The notes beneath the pieces are model-generated. The model saw only the letters and a program-made list of their open reading frames with translations. It did no database searches and had not been told where the DNA came from. Both the position numbers and the translations under genes were made by a program. Shown in pieces: positions 50,401-62,400 of a stretch of DNA of 64,000 nucleotides. Source of the DNA: Euglena gracilis (Eukaryota); assembly GCA_039621445.1 (NCBI GenBank), contig CP154954.1, positions 26,610,954-26,674,953 on the forward strand. Direction: 5' to 3'. Positions within the stretch are counted from its first letter, which is position 1. The number at the start of each line of letters is the position of its first letter.

Positions 50401-53400
50401 TGTTCAGAAGGTATTTTGGTCATACAAAATGAAAGAATTTCTTTTCTTTTTTCTTTCTTTCAATTTGGAATTTAGGATTTGACCGATTTTTGAATTTCTA
50501 TTTTGAGAAAACCATGCGATTTTGATGTTAATTCTGAATGCTTTTTCTGAAAAATGGGTTCGCAAGGTTCTTTCGGCAATCACTGTTCCTGGCCATTTTA
50601 AGCCCGCATCCAAGGTTTCCCCCGGATTTCAAGGCTCCTTCCCATGTTTTCCCCGCCAGATTTTTTGCTGTCAGCCAGAGTTGACCTGTCAGCCTATTCC
50701 CCCTCCTCTGCAGCTGTGTCTTGCACTGGACGTGCCCACCGTACGGGCAAATCCGACCGGAGGGCCCACTTGTGGTGGGGGGGGGGGGCAGCGGGTCGGG
50801 TCCCCTGCTGCACTGCCGCCCGCAGGAACGGGGCTGTGCTGCCCCGCCAGGGGGCCATCTGGGTGTTCACGTTCGACCGCAACGTCCAGCTCCGCGGCGG
50901 GACCGCCAACCCCAACGCCCTCGCCCGCCTGTTCATGGGCGGCGTCACGTTCGCGACGTTCCCTGCGACGGACAGCAGTTTCAGCGTCAGCGGCCGAAGC
51001 CCAGGCAACCCTGTTTGGGACGTTCGTTGCATGCAAACACCCCACACAAAGAAATATTTATTATTGAACCTTTTGTACTGCAATACCATGTCCCCCCAGT
51101 TATTCTCCCCGGATGTTCATTTTTCCCCTGCCTCCCCGTGCCTGAAAAAGTGGGGAGGGGGCTTTCTGGTGTTGCACCGCAGAGCAGCGCAGGGGGATTG
51201 CTTATCAGTGGCACACGCGGTACATGGCTGGCCACGGTTACAAAACAGGAAACAGGGGAAAAGGACAAACAACTAAAGTGCCTCGCCGTGTGTGTGGTTG
51301 TAGTGGGACGTGTGTGCCCTCAAATGATGAGACAGGTCGAAAGAAAAGAAAAAATCTCGGCCAAACGTTGCACGGAGCGGGGGGCGCCTGCTGCCAGGTC
51401 ACGTGGACGTACCCCGGCACGTTGACGGCGGCCGTCACGATGCAGCTGCTGCTGGACGCGGGCTTCGTCGGGGAGGCCGCCAACCGCTCCGGCTACTTCC
51501 TCCGGCCAGGACACCCCTCCCAGGTGGGGGTGGGGAGGTGGTGTGCAGGCGGCATGGCCCGCACACCGAGGCAAGGGTTGGGATCGGCCAAACTCCAGGT
51601 CCAGCCATATTCCAAGTTTTATTTTGTCCTGGGCAGACAGCGAACCCGAGCTTGGGGTGGGAGCATGGGGGAGCCGCGGGAAGTGTGGGGGTGTGGGCGG
51701 GGTCACGTGCGCCAGAGATCCTCAGCGGTTTGAACTGTCCCGTCACTGTCCTGGGGTCTGGTTTGGTTGGCGGGGGGGGGGGGGCAGGGCTGTGTGGGAA
51801 TTCCCGAAATTCTGCAGGTGGATGAAATGGTCGACCTCACCGATCCTGGTCGGGGGGGGGGGGGCACCACCTCCCCCTCCCGCCAGGCCTTCCATCCTTT
51901 CTGGTGGCGTCGATTCCAATGTCCACATTCTCCTTCCGCGCCAGATGGGTTCCTTTGTTGTGCTGTGGCGGATGGGGGGCCGCCCCACCCACCACCACCT
52001 GTTGGTGGGTTGGTGGTCTGTTGGGGGAGGGGTCCGACCCCGGGGGAGGGGGGCCCTGCCGCCAGGCCGGCCCGTTCCAGTACGCCACGGAGGGGCTGCC
52101 CTTCGACGCCACGGACAACTACACCCTGGCCCTGACCAGCCGGGTGGCCGACTTCTCCGCCAGCGCCTTCTGCGCCGTCCTGCAGCAGGTGTGGGGGGGC
52201 CGGCGGGGCGGGGCGGCCGGCAGGGGTGGGGCGGCCGGAAGTCAGCCCGCAGCTCACGGTGGGCTGGCTGTCCTGGTCCCTGCCACATGTGCCCCGGTCT
52301 AAAAGCCAAACGGCGTTCTGCCATTTTCCGCGCGCCGCGGTCCACCCCACCCATGTCTGTCTGGGGCCCACACGTCAAGTTGCGTCGTTTGGGGCGGTGT
52401 TCTTTTTTCGACTCTCTTGTGAGGAAGGGGTTGCAGCGGCACCAGAGTAGCAGGAGGGGCATGTTTTTCCTTGGACTGTTTATTTTGTTGGACCATTGAA
52501 ATGATGTTCCAGAGAAGTTGTCCATGGGTGTCTCATAACCTCCCCCCAAAAATAGGCACCCCCAAAATAAGACCCCTCCCCAAATAAGACACCTCTGGGC
52601 CGATCGAGCAAAAATCCAAATATTAGACCCCCATACATAAGACCCCCCCCCCTGACGGCGAGCGCCGGGTACAGTGAATTTTTTTGATTTTTTTTTCATT
52701 TTTCACCTGAAAAAAGTACCCAAACCCCCAATTTCATAGACAAAAATGGCGAAATTATGAAAATTTTCGGATTTTTGAAGTGAAAAAAACATGGGAAATC
52801 TCAACATGTACCAATTTACACATGGCGCGAAGCGCCAGAAAATTTAACTGTTTTTGGGAACCTGAGAAATAATGCTTTTTTCGGTCCAGGTCGGTCCAGA
52901 AAAAATAAGACCTCCTCTGGAGGTTTCCAGCAATGGACCCAAAAGTAGGACCCGGGTCTTATTTTTTTGGTGGGGGTTATCTTTTGGGGTTAAAAGTTAA
53001 AATGAACACAGAATATTATAATGCGTTGTATGTTTTTCATTATTCACAATACACCGTACAAGATTACAATTATTTTAAACATACATTTTATGATAAAAAA
53101 AATCATGGAAAATGAAAATTAAAGTTAGCAAAGACAAAAAACCTCACAGGGGTTGCATAGGGACTGAAATCTTTATGTGCATTCCCCAAAAAAACGGCTG
53201 TTTTTCAGAGGGCTGTCTTTTGGGTGGGAAAGTTTGCATCCCTTTTGCGAATGGCTGTTTTGATTTAAGGGCATTTGTAGATTATTTACTTCCCCTTCCC
53301 AGTTTCGGGCCAAAGGTCTCAACAATTCGAGAATTCGGAAGATGGATGCTCTCGTTGAGTCCCCCTGTCTTCATCCTCGGTCATCGGCACTGATCTGTTA

Positions 53401-56400
53401 GCCCTTTTTGAGGCAGTGTGGTGTGGGCTGTGTTTGCAATGGGAATATCCTGGCTGTTATGTTTTCCTCAATTACCTTTAGGAGGGTGCTAATGCGTTGC
53501 TCACGCTTAGTGTGTTGCCAATACCTTTGACAAAATAAATAAAAATAAATAGATAGATAAAATAGAAATATATTTTTAATAATAGTGATCTCGCAGGGCC
53601 CAGTGTGTTTCTCATTTTTCAATGGGGGCCCCCAAAACGAGGCCGGGGATGCCCCCACTGGAATTTCGACCTCCCTCTGCAGCAATCCACGACACACAAA
53701 GAAAGGCAGCAACAGTATTTTGACTGTTTGTTTGTTATTTTGACAGTTGAAGTGCTTCAACTGCATCGCCATTTGAAGCGAGGCCCACTGTCAACCCCGG
53801 TTGCAACCCTGGAAAGAGGCTAAACCACCTAAAAGTGCTGCGGGGCCAATGGAGCTGCAGGTCCAAGTAGTGCTGCACCCCCCCCCCTGCCGGATGAAGC
53901 GAGTGTCCAATAGTGCTGCACCCCCCAAATCATAGCAATGTGAAATGCGTAGGAGATGCACAAGGCGTGACACGTCATGCCTTGTGCATCTGCATTTGTC
54001 GCGTGACACTGCTGAAGCGGAAGCAGACCAATCGAATAGGCTGGGGGCACCGGAGTGCACCTCGCTAGCCTCAGAGTCGGACAGTGAGCAGGCAAAAAGG
54101 GTGCCTGTGGTGATAGGCCGGGACCAAGAGGCACCCAGTCCAACAGCAACCCCCCCCCCCACTTAAACCCGCCGGGGCTTATAGGATTCGGTTTGGTTGG
54201 TCAGCCAAAGGGGAAGGGTTTAGAGAGAGGCGGGAGGGGGATTGTAGGTCCCGGAATTGTTGGTGAAAACCCGACCCCCAAAATGACCCTGAAACCCCCC
54301 GAAATTGGCAATTTTGGCAAATTTGGCCAAAAATGACATTTTTGACGATGGTCAGTTTTTGGGTGGTATGTGGCCGAAAAAGAATCGTCCCCGGCGGTTT
54401 CCATTTTTCTTCCTGGGGGGGGGGGTTGTGTGTGGGGGTGGGATTCACAGCAGGGTCCAAATAGTGCTGCACCTCCCGCCGCCAGAGGCGGCCGTCCAAT
54501 AGTGCTGCAGTGCAATACTGTTTGGGGGGGGGGGTTTACGGGCGTTGGCGGGCCGGGGCTCAGGTGGTGCTGAACATGGACTGTGCCAGTCTGCAGCTGA
54601 CTGTGCAGCCCTCCGTGGCCATCCTCCGCTTCCGCATCGTCAAGCTGGCGTACAATACGTCTGGCCACATCGAGGACTTGCTCAACGACGTGTGGCACCG
54701 CTGCCCCCGTCCAATTGTTTTTTGCCCTCGACGTTTCTGCAACTGCTTTGTTTTGCTGACTTTTATTTCCTTTCAGTGTGCAGAAACAACCAAGTCATTC
54801 AACTGGGTGAGTAAGAAGCTGAATTTTCACACAAAAAAGGCATTGAAAAGCATCTCTTTTCAATGCTTCCCCTTTGGAGTTGAATTCACCCGGTATGAAT
54901 CAGGCATTTTTCTTGGGTGCACCATTTGGTTCACTGCGCGGCAGGCGTACGCGAGCGGGCTCCTCAACCAGCTTCTGAGTGCCCAAAGCTTGGGAACCAT
55001 CCTGCCTGGCTCCTGGGTCCAGCAAACCGCAAGCATCAAGAACATGCCCTATCTGGAGGTGTGTGTTGAGTATGTAGTTGAATGGAGCTGCCTATTTTTG
55101 GCGAAAAAAGCACGTGGGCGGGGTGAGACACCCACAGGAGACAAGGCACAGGGGGGGAGGGGGGGGTCCGAGGGGGGGGGGGTTGGAAGCTGTACAGGGG
55201 GGGGGTCACCAGAAAATCACAACTGTACTGCCTACCCCCGAGACAGTTGCGACATTTTTTGTCCAATTGAGGTTGGCAATGATGGATTTTGCGAATTCGG
55301 ATGCATTTTACGAAATATTTGTCTCTTGTGAAAAGAATGGTAGCCAGTGTTTTCACTTTAAACACTTAGCAGAAAGGCAGGAAGCAGCTTCAATCACTCC
55401 CCCTTGGCACACCATGCGGAATTGAGCCAGGGTTGACGTTTTTTTTCTTTTTTCAAAAAAAGAACAAAAAATATGTTTTTTTTTAAAAAAAAACACAAAA
55501 AAGCATGTTTTCTTTTTGAAAAAGCAAAAATTGACCTTTTTCCCTTGCGAAATGGCCATTTTTTGAGGAAAAAGTTCTAAGGTTATTTTTTTTGGTCATC
55601 AAAAAGTGACCTTTCTTTTAGTTTTTCCAAACCCTTCATCCGAAAATGCTTTTCATGGCACGTGTGAAAGCCAGCACCCTTTACGGACTTCGAAGCTGCA
55701 GAGATCAAAAAAGGCCTTTTTCTAATAAAAAAAACATTTCAAAAAATTTCCACCAAACCCTCCATGAGGTTTTTTTGTTTTTTTAAAAAACGTATTTTTT
55801 CCTTAGGGGGTGCTACCCCCGTGACCCCCCCCCCCGTTACACACCCGTGACCCCCCGTGACCCGAGAATCGATCCTTCGCCATGCTTTTTTTAAAGCATT
55901 TTTTTAAAAAAATGAGCTTTTGTGTGTCCTTGTCCGCCCACTTCACACCCAAAAATGGCCAAAAATCTTGTCCCCTAAAAGAAGTGCCAAAAAACTGGTG
56001 CATTTCCACACCAAAAACGGAATTTTGTCAAAAATGGCCCAAACTTCATCCCAAAAACGTGTTGGTCAAGAAAATCCTACCTTTCAAAAAATGATCAATT
56101 TTATCACGATGCAACGTTATGGATGTTGCCCCCCACCCGTGACCCCCCCATGACCCCCCCCCATCAAATTTATCACGATGCAACGTTATGGATGTTGCCC
56201 CCCACCCGTGACCCCCCATGACCTCCCCTCCCCCGCGACCCGCACCACCCCCTTAAAAAACATGTTTTTTTGTTTCAAAAAACAAGCCGTTTTTTAATTT
56301 TTTTTTCATCTGTCTCGGGGGGGTTGGAAGTGGGGGGGGAGGTGGGGGGTCCCAGGAGGGGGGGGTTGGAACTGTACAGGGGGGGAGGGGGGGTCCCAAG

Positions 56401-59400
56401 GTTTGACCAACTGTACTGCCTTGTCCCCACAGGAATATAAGATGCCTGCAAAAATGCACACTAAACTCAATGCACAAGCTGCCTCTCAACCGTCTGGATA
56501 TGTCAAAGAAAAAATATTTCTTCAAAAAATGAAAACCTGCAGCCTTCTTCTTGCCCCCCAGGGCCAAGGAGAAGTCTGAAATGGAAGGTGCCAGCCAAAA
56601 CAGGACCCCCATGCCAAATTGTCCCCCGCCCCAGACTGCCACTTGCAAAGCAGCCCTTTCGGGCATTTGAGCCATTCAGGCCATTCTGGGTGAGGGCAGT
56701 GGCTACCAGGTTTTGGTTAGCGCTGACCTCTTTGTTTTGAAACACACCATGCAGGCAGCCGGCAAGGGGAGCAAAGTTAGGTTTCATGGGGCGTTCAAAT
56801 GGGCTTAATTGCCGGTCTGCGGGCATTCTCTTTATCTCGAGGATTCTGAATGAATGTAGTTGCCCTCGAGGAGGGCGAAGACGATATACATTCACAGGGA
56901 GTGCATCCCGCGATCCCTCCACGACCCTCCATCCCCCCAGGGTTGTATGGGAAGCTCCGCAGACATGAGGTAGGTGGTAGGTGGTTCTTTGTTTCGGAAG
57001 GGGTCCCACCACCCTCCTCCTCTGCGAAGGCAAAAAAAAAACCATCCGGCGCTTCGCGTCGGGTGTGTTTTTTAGGGCGCTCTTGAGACTCAATATGAAA
57101 TTTCGCACTGAATGGCAAGAAGTTCCGGTTACCGAAAACTGGAGGTCGGAGGGGGTCCCCCCCCACCTCCGAGATTCCCATACAAGCCTGCCCCCCAATC
57201 CACACATGATTTTCCTGGATCCCAGTAGGCACTAAAATGGCAGCTGAGGATGTTGGCCCAAATTAGAAATCACAACACCGCTTGCCCATGAACCACAGCT
57301 TTCACGTCAGGAACTAAACCATAAGGGAATTTACTTCCACAGGCGGCAGAATTTAATCCGTGCCCAGCTAGTAAGCCCGACCACCACAAGGGGTGACCAC
57401 CTGTTGGGCACAACACCTCATTTCAGCGCGAACAATCGGAAAGATTTTTTTCCTTTTTGGGTTTTAATTTTCTGTGAGTCGACAAACCAAATCGAAATCC
57501 ATTTCGGACCGAGTTGTGCCAAATTTGCGCCGAGCCTTGGCTTTTTTTTTGTTAAAAGGGCGGCCGAATGTCGTCGGAAGTGGGGACCTCACTTCCCGCC
57601 TACGTTTTGAACCATTTTTGGTTTGCCCGATCCAAACTCTAACCCTTAATTTTAGGCGGCATGCCAGGCTACTGCGGCCATCGGATTCTTTGGGTACTGA
57701 CAGGGACAAAGGACCCAGGCATTTGGGGAGGATACCGTGGTGTTGATTTGCACAGTTGGAATTTTGTTTGAAAACACTGTGCTTGTTTTTCCTTGTTTTA
57801 TTTTCTTCTGAATTTCTTAATTATTTTTGGATCCACGGGGACAAATAAAAGAAGCGCCCGGCACCGCCTTTTTAAAGTATTTTTGGATTGGATTGTCCTG
57901 GACTGACCCAATCCTGTGGCAAAGTTATCGAAAATGGGGGGAGAACGAAAATGGGCGGAAATGGGCTTCCTACATTTATTCCCAGGGAGCTTGGGGGGGG
58001 GGGGGGCAGGGTTTCCCCAAAAAATCGGGCCTCCCTGGCGCTTCGCACCGGAACCCATACCCAAGTGTGGCACCCGAGGGGGGGGGGGGGGTTGCCACAG
58101 ACATACCCCTCCCCTCCGTCTCCCCCAGAGGGTCTTCCGGGTTAAAAAAAAAAAAGGGAAGCCTGGCCGGAAAATGCAGCAAATTTGCGGATGCCTCTGC
58201 CTCAGGGAGGGGGTGGCTTGGCGGGGAATCGACCCCTCCCCCACCCACCACAGCATTTCGCAAAGAGAAAAGCCTTCGGCAGGCGCCGAAGGCACCGAAG
58301 GAAAATCTTGAACTAAAATGTGTTCAGAAAAACGGGAGGGCCTGGTGGGTGGTCAGCTCCATACCATTGCTTAACACCTGTCCCCCCCCAGGGGGGGGTG
58401 ACACTGGTTTTTTTCAGAGTGACTGGTTTTCTGGCCAAGAGCCCCCCCCCCGGGGGTGGGCCCGAAAATGAAAAAGTGGTTGGCCTGGCGACAAAGGCGC
58501 TGGAAATTTTTTGGAATTTTTGGGATTTTTTTTGGCAATATTGCCTTGCCAACATGAGCGCATTCAAGAGTGGCCGATCCCCCCCGGGCTGGGGGGTAAA
58601 GTGACTGACTGGTTTTTTTTTGGGAAAAGTGACTGGCTGGTTTTTTCCGAGTGGAAAGTGACCCCCCCCCCCGGGGGGGTCGCCAAGCAATGGTAATGTG
58701 AGCCCCGCCCACCCACCACCCATAAGATTTCTGTAATTCCTGTACAGCCCTGCCCAAGGTTGTGGTTTTCAGCAACCAACCCAGAGATTGGTCTCGATTT
58801 TTTAAGATGGGGTGTTGTGAGGCTTCTTTGGATGGGGAAATGAGGGCGTCGAAGTTGCGGTTTTTTTTAATGACTTTTTTGCTTTTTGATTGCGGTAATT
58901 TTTTGGTGAACACGAATGCCTGATGCCAGGTTGGGGGTGGGGGGAGGGGGGAGGGTGGGGTCATATTTTCGGTCTGAATTTCACGCCTGGCCCTTGTTCC
59001 ACTGTGTCTCGAAGGTGTGCTGTGTGAAAGAGTGTCTTTGCACCTCTGAAGCGCTCATTTTAATGTGTTCTGCAGATATTAATACATAACCCTTGCTTCT
59101 TTGGTTGCGTATCATGTGTTCATTAAGGAAATTTTGTGTTCAAGTGTGTTCAACAAAAAAAGTTGTGTTCTCCTGTGTTGCCAAAAAATTTTTTTATGTT
59201 CACATGTGTTCACCAAAATTTTTGTTCGCGAAAAAAATACTAAACCCCTGACAACTGGGCACCGTTCAGAGGTACGGGGAAGTGAAATGGACCCAGTCCA
59301 GCGTCACCTTTTTCTGTATACAAGGTAATGTACTGGACAGCATAACATTGTGGGATACAATTGATGTGATGACGCACAAAGCGGAAAGCCGCTTCGTTTG

Positions 59401-62400
59401 ACTTAATGTCCCTGTGTATACAGATGCACATCGCGACGTTTCAAACGTTCTAACGGATTGTATGACCACTAACCCTATTTACTTCGTCTTTGACCTTCTC
59501 TGAGAACGATTCGTCCCCAGACTGGCAGCGCAAGGCAGGGAGTCACTGGGCTGCCGAGTGCCTGCTTCCACTGCTTGCGGCCTCGGCAGCCCACAGTGAC
59601 CACCGACACCGGCGGTGGCCAACGGCGGTGTCGGGTGAAGAGGACATGGATAAGTGGACTCTCCTCCTTTTTTTTGTGTTCTATCTGTGTACGTGTCGTT
59701 CAAATCAAATGGTTTACAGTATTTGCATATGGGCAACATATGAAAATATTTTGAGTTGGAGGCGGTTTTCCGCTTCATTCGTAATAAATTTGTATTTGCA
59801 TACGATTCTGGCATGCAGTTATTTGAAAACAGTTGTCATCGGACAGTGGCGCAATAAACAGTAAGGAATTCAGATGCATTTAAGTTATCTGGTTTTGCGT
59901 CACTCCTACATTTTATTATTTTCCTGTTGGCTAGAATTGAGCATCTGGGCTTTATGAAGCAGAAAGCTGCTTCGTCCGGTATTATACCTAAAAAGCTTGT
60001 ATTTTTTGTAGATGATCAAGTTTCGAAATTTTGGGCCTTTTTGTTTGCTTTATTGACCATTTTCGGACGCAGATTAAATTTCCATTGGCAACTTACGCCG
60101 CCTAAGAAAAAGGTTTTGACACTCGTGAAATATTTGCTTATGTGAGCGTTGAGAATAGGTCTCACCTTTTCGATGCATCTTGGTCTTTTGGAGTTTGCTG
60201 AAAAGTTGCCATCAAACCAAATTTGAGTTTGCTTTTTTTCCGCTAACCTGCACTGATTTTTTTTACCAATGACCTTTTCACCCTTAACTTTAACTTTTTA
60301 CTTTGGAGAATGGGCCAAAGCGCCAATTTTTAGCCTGCAGCTGTTTCCAGCCTCGGACCCCCCTCCCCCCCCATCCCATCGACGAGTTTTATTTATCATT
60401 TTGCAGTTGCCTGAAGGGCGGCTGGGAGGTGATGCATTTTTAGCTTTCAGGGGTTCAAAAATGGGCCAAAATGGGTTGGAAAAGGGCCAAACTGCTCAAA
60501 ACTGGGGCCAAAGGTTCAATTTTTTTGTTCTTTTTTGTGTTTCTTTGTGAACACACTAAGGGCTGGCATCCTCCAACGCGATGCTGCCACGCAGGTCGCC
60601 CTCAACCCCAAGACGGCGGGGCTCATGACGGTGGCCACGCTGAACATCACGCTGAGCTCCCCGCTGGTGAGCGGCGAGCTGCTGGAGGTGACGTTCCCAC
60701 CGTCGATGACGCTGTTGGGCCCCCCCGACCTGTCAGTCGCCCTCGGCAACGTCACGAACTACAGCAGCCGTATGCTTCTCCCCCAACCCTCCCGCCTCAT
60801 AGGGGGTCTCCCCCCACTCGGGTTGGCCACTTTGGGGGGGGGGGGGTGAAGGTGTATCCCTTATGGTGACGAAGTGAACTTTTTTTTTAAAAAAACAATG
60901 GATTTTCAACGGGCGGCGATAATTTCCACAATGGACATTTCTCAAGAGCGAAATGAAGGCCCAGTCGTGCTCAGGCCGTGACATCACACAGGGACACCTG
61001 CGGCGGACGCTACTAATTCAAAGTCCCCCCAAAAATTGACCTTTTTTCAGGGGAATCTCCAGGTTGAATTTTTTGTGCTTCTTTTTCTATATTTCATGTC
61101 CCATGTTATCCTCATCATATCATTCCATATCATATCATATCATATCATATCATGTCATATCATATCATGTCATATCATATCATATCATACCATACCATAT
61201 CATATCATATCATATCATATCATATCATATCATATCATATCATATCATATCCCATTTTTCTTTAGGGAATTTACCTTAATTTATATTGTCGCATCCCATA
61301 TTTCTTTAGGGTTAGGGAATGTATTTTGTATTGTATTTGGACTCAAAATGTTTCTGAAAAGAAGTTCGAGATGTTTGGGGAGCTCAGGCAAATTCTTTTC
61401 CAGCGTAGTAATTTGCCTCTCGGGGTAGGTTCCGAAGGTGTCCAACCCACTTGAACCGACCAACAAAAGTCAAAAGGCAGCTCCCAACTATTGCCCCCCC
61501 CCCCCCGGGGGGCATATAGTTGGGAGGGGGGGGTCAAATTTTTTTTGCGTTATTGATGGAATAGGGTTTGGGTTACGACTTAGGGTTAGGGTTAGGCCGA
61601 ACTTATAGACGGCTGTTAGGTGTACAAGTTAGGCCTAAAGTAAGGCCGAATTCGTAACCCTAACCCTGCTCCATCATCAACGCAAAAAAAATTAACCCCC
61701 CCTCCCAACTATTTCGCCGCCCCCTGGGGGGGCATATAGTTGGGAGCCAGTCAAAAATGGGATTCTCAAAATGTGGTTAAAGTTGGTTTTCTGTCATTGA
61801 AAGCTGACCTCCAGGCTTTCCAACTTCTTTTATAATCATCAGCCACGTTTGTCGCAAGAATGGTTGATTGCACTCATTTCCCTTGGGGAAAAAATGGGTT
61901 GGTTCCTGATATCAAATCTGTGGATGCATAAGGAGCAATGTCCATCAATGCACAAGTGACAATGCAACTGGTGACAATGTCCGATCGCGCAAGACGGAAA
62001 GTTTGATTTTTGGGGAAAAAAAGCCGGCGCCAGTGTCCATCACCGTTACCGCCTCTCCACTCCACGGTCCACCAGGGCCCCCTTTTGCTTGTAAAGTGGG
62101 GGTCGTGGGGAATATGACACAGATGCCTGGGCTCACCATCATGGGAAGCTTGTCGGTATCGATGTATTTGGTGGGGGGGAGCCGAGCACCCCCTCCCCCC
62201 CTAGATTTTGAAGAAGGGTGTCTGGACCCCCACCCCTCCTCTTCGCAGCTGTGCACCGGAAAATAAACAAAAACAATTTTATACTCACTTTGAGCATTTT
62301 GCCCTTTTTTTTGATGTTTTGGTGTTTTCCACAAAGAAGATCTTCAAAAATTTTCTTTTTCATTAAGCTTTTTTTTGGATTTGTTTTCAAAAGAAAAATC

